NCBI GenBank assembly: GCA_965369995.1
Contig: CBDURO010000004.1
Location: 4,216 to 68,215, forward strand
DNA from: an uncultured bacterium
Lineage (GTDB): Bacteria; Fidelibacterota; Marinisomatia; Marinisomatales; JAHJCW01
Direction: 5' to 3'
DNA length: 64,000 nt
Part shown: positions 18,327 through 25,597 of the stretch, piece by piece
How positions within the stretch are numbered: the first letter of the stretch is position 1
How the letters are laid out: each line of letters opens with the position of its first letter
The notes under the pieces: model-generated
Databases searched by the model: none
Told to the model about the DNA's origin: nothing
Seen by the model: the letters and a program-made list of their open reading frames with translations, nothing else
Position numbers and translations under genes: made by a program

Positions 18327-18908
18327 CTATTTGGGATTTTTCCCTAAAAAATGTGTTCCTAAAATACTATAAATTGGTCCATTCGGAAACAATTCACTAC
18401 ACATAAATCTGATTCTATTAATATTGAATTTTAGCGGTTCATAATTTGTATTAATGAAATTATTGATATCGGGTGTGTCCTTTGGTGGATATTTTACACG
18501 AGCCAAAGTAATGTGTGGAATATATTCGTTTTCATCCAAAGGGAATCCCAATTTTTCCATTTTTTTATTTAAATCAGCTACAAAATCTTGCAATTGACTA
18601 ATATTTCCTTCCACTCCTAACCAAAGTACTCGCGGTCGTTCTATCTTTGGGAAACAACCTGTTCCGCTTATCACAAGTTCCATTCCGGAATGATTAACTA
18701 CCAAATCTTTTAGCACATCGTTAATCTCATCATTAGCTTCAAAGGGCGTATGTCCCAAGAATTTTAATGTCAAATGGATATTTCCTGGATTTGCCCATTT
18801 AACATTATCCTTCTTAGAACTAACTGTAGTTTTTAGCATATTGCTGATGGCAACTATCTTCTTCGGTAAAGTTACCGATATAAATGTTCTAAGTAATCTT
18901 TCACTCAT
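18327..18908 (-). CDS. thpR: RNA 2',3'-cyclic phosphodiesterase (2H family, LigT/ThpR)
   Basis: Two HxT/S motifs: HLTLKFLG and HITLAR. Confidence 0.8.
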   Translation of the reverse strand: MSERLLRTFISVTLPKKIVAISNMLKTTVSSKKDNVKWANPGNIHLTLKFLGHTPFEANDEINDVLKDLVVNHSGMELVISGTGCFPKIERPRVLWLGVEGNISQLQDFVADLNKKMEKLGFPLDENEYIPHITLARVKYPPKDTPDINNFINTNYEPLKFNINRIRFMCSELFPNGPIYSILGTHFLGKNPK

Positions 18909-20125
18909 TTTAGTAATTGTAATCTTAACATGTTTAAAGCAGTTTGGCTGCTTAATAATTTATTGGCTTTACGATCTTTCAAAAACTGAAATCTTTTAAC
19001 TATTAATTTATCTTTTATCGCTAAACCGATAAAAACCAAACCAACCGGTTTTTCATCGGTACCACCAGTGGGACCGGCAATTCCGGTAATCCCAATACCA
19101 ATATCTGACTTAAATTTCTTTTGAATTCCACGTGCCATTTCACTTACAGTTTGTTCACTTACAGCACCGTGAGCAATTAAAGTTTCCTTTTTCACACCAA
19201 CCTCTGAAATTTTTACATCATTGCTATAACTAACAACGCCTCCAAGAATATATTTTGAACTTCCGGAAACATTAGTTAAGCGATGAGCGAGCAAACCACC
19301 GGTACAGGATTCAGCAGTCGCAATAGTCATTTTATTATTAATTAATAATTTAGCAACTGCATCTTCTATTGTATCTTCATCATAACCATATATTTTTTCA
19401 GCTAATATTTCTTCCAATTCATTTACAAATTTATTTAACAACTTTTTATCTTTTGAAAATAATCTAATATCAACTCTATATAGCTGAGGTAAAAATGCTA
19501 TTTTGATTTTCGGGCTATATTTTTCAATTAAATGTTCAATATTTTCTGCAATTGCGGACTCACTCATTCCAATAGTTCTGATAGTTTTAACAAACATTTC
19601 AATACCGGAATCATCTTGAATTAATGGAATTATACTGGATTCCATCATAGCTTTCATTTCTGCAGGAACTCCCGGTGTTGCAAAATACTTAATTCCATCT
19701 CGTTCAAAATGTAATCCTCTAGCCGATCCGACCGGATTATCAATAACATTACCATTATTTGGACGCATGGCCTGATTTCTATTCTTTTCGGGTATTTTAA
19801 TATTTCGTTTAGCAAACCTTCTTATTAACTCTTCCCAATATATTTCATCAAATACAGGTTTTGCACCAAAGAATTTGTAAAAAACAGAGGGAGTTACGTC
19901 ATCATGCGTCGGACCAAGGCCACCTGTAACAATAATATGTGTATATTTTTCTTTTGTTAAATAATTTAAATAATTTAAGATTTCTTCTCTATCATCCCCC
20001 GTTGTTAACTGAGTATTAACATCAACTCCAATATTTAATAACTTTTGACCTATCCATGCAGCATTAGTATTTAATGTAAATCCCGATAGAATTTCATCAC
20101 CAATTGTTAAAACAGCTATTTTCAT
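18905..20125 (-). CDS. cinA: CinA-family competence/damage-inducible protein (MoCF-like domain plus nicotinamide-nucleotide amidase domain)
   Basis: N-terminus AVLTIGDEILSG...NTNAAWIGQKL, then VTGGLGPTHDDVT. The C-terminal PncC-like region is TIATAESCTGGLLAHRLT. Confidence 0.9.
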   Translation of the reverse strand: MKIAVLTIGDEILSGFTLNTNAAWIGQKLLNIGVDVNTQLTTGDDREEILNYLNYLTKEKYTHIIVTGGLGPTHDDVTPSVFYKFFGAKPVFDEIYWEELIRRFAKRNIKIPEKNRNQAMRPNNGNVIDNPVGSARGLHFERDGIKYFATPGVPAEMKAMMESSIIPLIQDDSGIEMFVKTIRTIGMSESAIAENIEHLIEKYSPKIKIAFLPQLYRVDIRLFSKDKKLLNKFVNELEEILAEKIYGYDEDTIEDAVAKLLINNKMTIATAESCTGGLLAHRLTNVSGSSKYILGGVVSYSNDVKISEVGVKKETLIAHGAVSEQTVSEMARGIQKKFKSDIGIGITGIAGPTGGTDEKPVGLVFIGLAIKDKLIVKRFQFLKDRKANKLLSSQTALNMLRLQLLK

Positions 20126-20130
20126 ATAAT

Positions 20131-20577
20131 CTAAACCCTTAAAACACTTATAACTAATAACGCATAAACACCGGCAAGCACATCATCAAGCATTATGCCC
20201 CAACCACTTGGCATTTTATCTAATGCTTTTATTGGATATGGTTTCCAAATATCAAATAATCTAAAAAGTGCAAAAGCTACCAATCCCCACAATAAAGATT
20301 TTGGCAAAAATAACAATGCAATCCACTGACCTACCCATTCATCAATTACTATAATCGAAGGATCTTTTTGGGCTAAGTGTCTTTCAGTAATACTTGAAGT
20401 AAATACTCCAAGTATAAATATTATTATAATTGCTATAATGAAAGTAATAGTTGAAGTCGATTCAATAATTACAAACCATATCGCCACTGCAACCAAACTA
20501 CCCCATGTTCCCGGTGCAATAGGTAAGTATCCAACTTTTAATACTGTTGAGAACCAGTTAGCTAATTTATTTACCAT
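20131..20577 (-). CDS. pgpA: Phosphatidylglycerophosphatase A
   Basis: GYLPIAPGTWGSL..., VIDEWVGQWIAL and FRLFDIWKPYPI. Confidence 0.85.
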   Translation of the reverse strand: MVNKLANWFSTVLKVGYLPIAPGTWGSLVAVAIWFVIIESTSTITFIIAIIIIFILGVFTSSITERHLAQKDPSIIVIDEWVGQWIALLFLPKSLLWGLVAFALFRLFDIWKPYPIKALDKMPSGWGIMLDDVLAGVYALLVISVLRV

Positions 20578-20619
20578 TTATTTTGATAGTATGATTGTAA
20601 TTGGTCAGCGAATAATGAA

Positions 20620-21207
20620 CTATGAAACATAATTCTTAATTATTAGACGGTTTTTATATAAGTATGAAATACCTGTCCATACTGTAAAAATAGTTGCTAT
20701 TAATGTGAAATAATAAATAATCCTGTTTTCAATTATAAAATTTATAGCTTCTTTTAACCAGCTATAACTAAATATTTGCACTCCTAAAAATAATAAAATA
20801 AATATGATAACAGATATTTGTGTCGTGGTTTTTGCTTTGGCAATCTTGCTAGTTATCATTGTTAATCCTTTTGATTCCATTGCCCAACGTAAACCTGTTA
20901 CAAATAAATCACGGAATACAATTAAAGCCACCATCCAAAATGGAACTAATTCCATAAGTGCAAAAGATATGAATGCAGAACTAACTAATATTTTATCAGC
21001 TAAAGGATCAAGGAATTGGCCATGCCGGGTAACCTGATTATATTTTCTCGCGTAATATCCATCAAAGGCGTCGGTCACGCTAGCTACAATAAATATTATT
21101 AATGCCCAAAGTCTTGCGTAAGGGTAATTAGAAAATAGGCATATAATAAATAATGGCGTGAGTAATATTCTGAAAATTGTTAGTACATTGGGAATGTTTA
21201 TCTTCAT
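20620..21207 (-). CDS. pgsA: CDP-diacylglycerol--glycerol-3-phosphate 3-phosphatidyltransferase
   Basis: CDP-alcohol phosphatidyltransferase motif DAFDGYYARKYNQVTRHGQFLDPLADKIL. Confidence 0.85.
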   Translation of the reverse strand: MKINIPNVLTIFRILLTPLFIICLFSNYPYARLWALIIFIVASVTDAFDGYYARKYNQVTRHGQFLDPLADKILVSSAFISFALMELVPFWMVALIVFRDLFVTGLRWAMESKGLTMITSKIAKAKTTTQISVIIFILLFLGVQIFSYSWLKEAINFIIENRIIYYFTLIATIFTVWTGISYLYKNRLIIKNYVS

Positions 21208-21797
21208 AAAATAGTCCTTCCTTCTAAAGCTCTTGTCAAGGTTGCTTCGTCAGTATATTCGATTGCACTTCCAACCGGAATACCTCTAGCCAAACGAGTG
21301 ATTTTTACATTCTTTTCACTAAAAAGTTTATTTATATACAATGCTGTAGTATCGCCTTCAATACTTGGATTTGTGGCTAATATTATCTCGGTATTATCCT
21401 TAACACGATCAATTAATTTATTAAGATTTAGGTCATCGGGTCCTATTCCATCCAAAGGAGAAAGTATTCCACCTAATACATGATAAACACCTCTATATGA
21501 ACTTGATCTCTCAAAGATAAATATATCCTGTGGATCTGCTACGACACATATCATATCTTGACTTCTTTTTGGATCGGTACATACATTGCAAGGATCGTCT
21601 TCGGTAATACCTCCGCAAATTGTGCAATAATGAATTTTTGTTTTAACATTCATTATAGATTCAGCTAGTTCAGCAGCTTCCGTTTCATCAGATTTCATTA
21701 CCTGAAATGCCATTCGTTGCGCAGTTTTTTTGCCGATTCCGGGGAATCTTGCAAACCTATCAATTAAACGTTGAACACTATTGGGGAATGAACCCAT
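21204..21797 (-). CDS. recR: Recombination protein RecR
   Basis: LPGIGKKTAQRMAF helix-hairpin-helix, zinc finger CTICGGITEDDPCNVC, and a Toprim region. Confidence 0.95.
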   Translation of the reverse strand: MGSFPNSVQRLIDRFARFPGIGKKTAQRMAFQVMKSDETEAAELAESIMNVKTKIHYCTICGGITEDDPCNVCTDPKRSQDMICVVADPQDIFIFERSSSYRGVYHVLGGILSPLDGIGPDDLNLNKLIDRVKDNTEIILATNPSIEGDTTALYINKLFSEKNVKITRLARGIPVGSAIEYTDEATLTRALEGRTIL

Positions 21798-21800
21798 TAA

Positions 21801-22130
21801 TCAACTCATTCCTGGTATATTCATTCCGCCTAACATATTTCCGGTTACCGCATTCATTCTGCTTTGTGACTCCTTCAACGATTTTGTTAAGCCGTTGTTA
21901 ACTGCTGAAATAATAAGATCCTCTAACAACTCTTTATCTTCCTTAATCGCATCCGGATCAATAGTTAATTCTAATAGTTGCTGTTTACCATTAACAACGA
22001 CTTTAACCATCCCCCCACCGGAATCCGCTTCGATTGTGAGTTCGTCCAATTCATTTTGTACTTCTTCAATTTTCTTTTGAACATCACGTGCTTGTTTTAG
22101 CAGTTGTGCCATATTTCCTTTATTAAACAT
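21801..22130 (-). CDS. ybaB: YbaB/EbfC nucleoid-associated protein
   Basis: 109 aa between dnaX and recR, the conserved gene order. Sequence pattern LLKQARDVQKKIEEVQNEL...GGGMVKVVVNG. Confidence 0.9.
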   Translation of the reverse strand: MFNKGNMAQLLKQARDVQKKIEEVQNELDELTIEADSGGGMVKVVVNGKQQLLELTIDPDAIKEDKELLEDLIISAVNNGLTKSLKESQSRMNAVTGNMLGGMNIPGMS

Positions 22131-22138
22131 TTTTTCTC

Positions 22139-23791
22139 CTAATTTAAAATTTCCCCATCGAATAATTCGATTAATTTTGCTGTAGTTTTATTTGTTTTGA
22201 TATTTTTTTTATCATTATCTTTTTCTTTTTTAGATAAATCAGATTTCGTCATCAAGAAAACAGTTTTTAAAGGTGTGTTATATATCTTTTCCAAATATTT
22301 TTCTATAATAGATTTATTTTTTTCTAATGTTCTCAGATTAAAGTTGTTTCCATTGATCAACTTTATTTCAAGACGATTTCCGGCAAACCGACTAACTTCA
22401 CAATGTGAAAGAACATTCCCAATTGATGGTCTTTCTGATGATAATTCTTCAATCAACTCAACCCATTTTTCGTGGATACTATCTAAACTAATGGTATTTT
22501 TAAAAGTTGAGTTCGGCATTGACTCTGATACTGATTTTATTTCTTTTTTTTCATTTTTAACTCTAGGATTATCAATTTTAGCACTATCATTATTGAAAAG
22601 TGTCTCTTTAAATTGTAAAGGAATATTAATCAACGGTTTTTTGTTTTCTTGACTAGAAATAGTCAACGGATGTTGAAATTTATCTAATAGCGATTCAATT
22701 GTCACAGTAGAATCAAGCTCTAGTAATTTGAGCAATGATAATTCGATTAAAATATGTGGCTGTATAGCTCTTTTCACTTGTGGTTCTATGTCAGTAATTA
22801 CTTTAGATATTCGTAATAGATCTCTAATATTCCATGAATTAGCAGTTTCTTCATATTGCTTTTTTAAATCACTATTTAATTCAAGTACATCCAAACTATT
22901 TTCAATTGTAGCTATCATCATATTTCTGATATGTCGATTTAATCCAGATACAAACTCTTGAACCGGCATACCTTTTGTTTTTGCTTCAGCTAATAAATCA
23001 ATAAGTGCCTTACCATTTTTTGTCCGTATTGAATCAAGAATATTAAAATATACATCAGTTGGTATGATCCCAAGTACTTTATTTACATTCTCGATTGAAA
23101 TATTTTCACCGGAATAAGCAATAACTTGATCTAAAATGCTAAGTGCGTCACGCATACTACCATCGGCTTTTTGTGCGATAATTTTTAAAGAATCATTGTC
23201 AATTTCAATCTTTTCCTTTTCTAATACGTATTTGATTTGTTCGCTGATTGTATTCACCGTAATACTATTAAAATCAAAACGTTGACACCGAGATATTATA
23301 GTAGCAGGCACTTTATAAATATCGGTTGTTGCTAAAATAAATTTACCATGTACGGGTGGTTCTTCCAGTGTTCGCAGCAACGCATTGAAAGCAGGTGTTG
23401 TAAGCATGTGAACTTCATCAATAATAAATATTTTAAACTTAGAATTAATAGGAGCATACTGAATCGCTTCCCGCAGTCCTCGAATTTCTTCGATTCCGCG
23501 ATTAGAAGCGCCATCAATTTCAAGTACGTCCATATTTCTACCGTCCGCGATTTCAATACAATTTGAGCACTTATTACATGGATTACCCGGACTTTCCATG
23601 CAATTCAACGCTTTAGCAACTAATCTTGCTGTTGTGGTTTTACCTACACCACGAGGTCCTGTAAATAAATATGCCTGAGATACCCTGTCTTTCTTAAACG
23701 CATTGGTTAGCGTTTGGGTAATATGTTCCTGTCCCACTACCTCATCAAAGGTTTGCGGACGATATTTTAATGATAATACTAAATAAGACAT
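22139..23791 (-). CDS. dnaX: DNA polymerase III subunit gamma/tau
   Basis: RPQTFDEVVGQEHI, Walker A GPRGVGKTTTAR, zinc module CNKCSNC and IIDEVHMLT. Confidence 0.95.
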   Translation of the reverse strand: MSYLVLSLKYRPQTFDEVVGQEHITQTLTNAFKKDRVSQAYLFTGPRGVGKTTTARLVAKALNCMESPGNPCNKCSNCIEIADGRNMDVLEIDGASNRGIEEIRGLREAIQYAPINSKFKIFIIDEVHMLTTPAFNALLRTLEEPPVHGKFILATTDIYKVPATIISRCQRFDFNSITVNTISEQIKYVLEKEKIEIDNDSLKIIAQKADGSMRDALSILDQVIAYSGENISIENVNKVLGIIPTDVYFNILDSIRTKNGKALIDLLAEAKTKGMPVQEFVSGLNRHIRNMMIATIENSLDVLELNSDLKKQYEETANSWNIRDLLRISKVITDIEPQVKRAIQPHILIELSLLKLLELDSTVTIESLLDKFQHPLTISSQENKKPLINIPLQFKETLFNNDSAKIDNPRVKNEKKEIKSVSESMPNSTFKNTISLDSIHEKWVELIEELSSERPSIGNVLSHCEVSRFAGNRLEIKLINGNNFNLRTLEKNKSIIEKYLEKIYNTPLKTVFLMTKSDLSKKEKDNDKKNIKTNKTTAKLIELFDGEILN

Positions 23792-23971
23792 AATTAATTA
23801 CACAATAAGGTGAAAAATCAAAGGTTGTAATTTATAACTAATTACCTATTTTATAATGAAAAAGTTAAGAAAAGAAATGCTGAATTTTTAGATTACTTAA
23901 TTTGAATATTTTGTATTCAATTTTTCCAAAATATAATTATAAATCAAATAATCAAATTCATTAAAAAATAA

Positions 23972-24242
23972 GGTCGTGCACCAAAGATTGACAAATCGGA
24001 AAATCTATAGTAAAATAATAGTTAGCTCCGCTTCAGTGGTTCACCGGCACATGATTCAAATCTTTTACCGCTGCTTCCTTCCGGACCTGACGGGTTTCAA
24101 AAACGAACCATTGCGATGAATTGAAGTTTCAATACCACTTTTCATTTCAAATAGACTTTGATAATGCCGCTCTTTGGTTTTCAATCCTGCTATAGCGGGT
24201 TGCAGGTTACAGGGCACCGCTACCTCCCCATCTAGCACGACC
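23972..24242 (-). ncRNA. ffs: Signal recognition particle RNA, long Bacillus-type with an Alu domain (271 nt)
   Basis: The minus strand reads GGUCGUGCUAGAUGGGGAGGUAGCGGUGCCCUGUAACCUGCAACCCGCUAUAGCAGG..., near-identical in pattern to the B. subtilis scRNA 5' domain as I recall it. It has the domain IV signature GUCAGGUCCGGAAGGAAGCAGC. The 3' GGUGCACGACC pairs with the 5' end and is followed by a U-tract. Its position upstream of dnaX is conserved. Confidence 0.9.
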
Positions 24243-24266
24243 AATAGCAATTAATTTTTAAATTTG

Positions 24267-24339
24267 TGGAGCCGATGGGGATCGAACCCACGACCTCAGC
24301 ATTGCGAACGCTGCACTCTCCCAACTGAGCTACGGCCCC
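24267..24339 (-). tRNA. tRNA-Ala (anticodon CGC)
   Basis: GGGGCCGTAGCTCAGTTGGGAGAGTGCAGCGTTCGCAATGCTGAGGTCGTGGGTTCGATCCCCATCGGCTCCA. It has the G3:U70 Ala identity pair and anticodon loop TTCGCAA. 73 nt, CCA not encoded. Confidence 0.92.
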
Positions 24340-24410
24340 ATTATATGCAAAATTACGAACTAAAATTTATATATTACAATTCTATGAAGGTAAACTTAAG
24401 ACAATATTAT

Positions 24411-24440
24411 TTATGAACTATTGTTTATAATAGTTCATAA
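24411..24440. terminator. Perfect 12-bp AT-rich hairpin downstream of the 24500..25261 gene
   Basis: TTATGAACTATT-gtttat-AATAGTTCATAA, flanked by direct repeats TTATATATTACAA (about 24368 and about 24445). Confidence 0.5.
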
Positions 24441-24499
24441 GCAATTATATATTACAAATTATAAAATATTGATTAGATTTGTTATATCTGATTAATAAA

Positions 24500-25261
24500 T
24501 TAATTGTTTAAATATCCATCGAACTCTTGATCAACCATATCACTATCGTGTTTATGCCATCTTCTTTCCCACTCTGTTAACTCCTGAATAGGTTTTGTTT
24601 TCGGCTTAGCAGGTAAATGTTTACTCATCATAGATTCCGTTTTGAACGATTCCTTTTTTTGCTGCATAGCTTTGATTTGCTCTAATCGTTGTTCTTCCTT
24701 GATTTTAGCCACCGATGGTCTTAATATTGACGATATTTTATTCTCAATATTCTTTGATTGCTTTGATAAGAGTATATCGTCAATAGGTATATCTATCTCG
24801 TTTTCAATTACTGTATGTTTTAATAAAGGTTTTTCAGCAACAATCGATTGAGTTTGTCTTTCTTGTAATTTTTCTGATTTTATTTGAACGTCTGCTTTTA
24901 TCTTTTGTGTAATAGTTTTATGAATACCACCAATCTTTGCCCTAATCGCTTTTGTTGCTTCAACAGATTTGCTAGAAACCACGGATTTATAATCAGATTG
25001 CCTATCTTGTACATCCACCTTTTCTTTATTTCGATTAAAGATAGATTTTAAACGATTTATTTCAAGATTTTGTATAATAATTGGTAAATCAGATTTAAAA
25101 TCATTTACCGCTCCAGTAATTCTGTCGAATAATACTTCTTTAACGGAACTACCATATTCCCCATTCACTTTTTTTATCAGATAACCGAATTTTTCAATAA
25201 AGTATATTTTTTCACGATCTAACGAGCCAAATTGATTATCACTTTTGTTAAGTTGTCTCAT
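24500..25261 (-). CDS. Hypothetical Lys/Gln/Glu-rich protein
   Basis: 253-aa ORF with no signal peptide or recognisable motif. Its orientation matches the neighbouring genes. Confidence 0.45.
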   Translation of the reverse strand: MRQLNKSDNQFGSLDREKIYFIEKFGYLIKKVNGEYGSSVKEVLFDRITGAVNDFKSDLPIIIQNLEINRLKSIFNRNKEKVDVQDRQSDYKSVVSSKSVEATKAIRAKIGGIHKTITQKIKADVQIKSEKLQERQTQSIVAEKPLLKHTVIENEIDIPIDDILLSKQSKNIENKISSILRPSVAKIKEEQRLEQIKAMQQKKESFKTESMMSKHLPAKPKTKPIQELTEWERRWHKHDSDMVDQEFDGYLNN

Positions 25262-25304
25262 TTCTTCCCTCTACTAACCAAAGGGATTTTTCCCATTTTA
25301 AAAA

Positions 25305-25529
25305 TTAATCTATCAATTGAATTACTTCCTCTAATTCAGGAAATCTACCTAATTGCTTTTTCGAAAAAACTAATTTATCATTTTTCTGAATTTCGTAGAC
25401 ACCGTCCCCCGATGGGATAAGTTTTAACTCAGAAATAGCGTTTCCGTACCTTTCCAACAAATCGCTTGCCATCCTGGCAGCCCTAGGCAAATAGTTTCAC
25501 GCGTTGCAGTATTCAATCGATAGTCTCAC
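25305..25529 (-). CDS. Rdx/SelW-like selenoprotein (CxxU), with UGA at 25499-25497 read as selenocysteine
   Basis: Extending track ORF 25305..25490 upstream in frame gives (GTG)RLSIEYCNA-UGA-NYLPRAARMASDLLERYG...LIPSGDGVYEI...GRFPELEEVIQLID. This is the Rdx-family layout, with UGA at the second redox position. AGGAG lies 5 nt before the GTG. Confidence 0.7.
25466..25490 (-). promoter_or_regulatory. Candidate bacterial SECIS hairpin
   Basis: UUGCCUAGGGCUGCCAGGAUGGCAA starts 6 nt after the UGA. UUGCC/GGCAA plus inner pairs can form a stem-loop. I have not folded it computationally. Confidence 0.3.
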
Positions 25530-25597
25530 CAATGCTCCTGTACTTCCTCACCATAAAGCAGTTAATTTTAAATAATTATAGTAGATTAATGCAAGTA

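Noticed and set aside
22195-22245. A-rich runs (TCT AAA AAA GAA AAA GAT and an A8 run) in dnaX, as possible programmed frameshift or transcriptional slippage sites producing gamma.
   Set aside because: They lie within about 30 codons of the dnaX stop, so a shift would barely shorten the protein. They are not in the X XXY YYZ phase of the known A AAA AAG site, and A-runs are common in this AT-rich genome.
23988-24016. A near-perfect sigma-70-type promoter on the plus strand: TTGACA, 17 nt, TAAAAT.
   Set aside because: It lies inside the 3' half of the minus-strand SRP RNA and has no plus-strand gene downstream. It is most likely a chance match in AT-rich sequence.
24065-24250. A 61-aa minus-strand ORF in the supplied track.
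   Set aside because: It is entirely contained within the SRP RNA gene and includes the GUCAGGUCCGGAAGGAAGCAGC domain IV core, so it is a spurious ORF.
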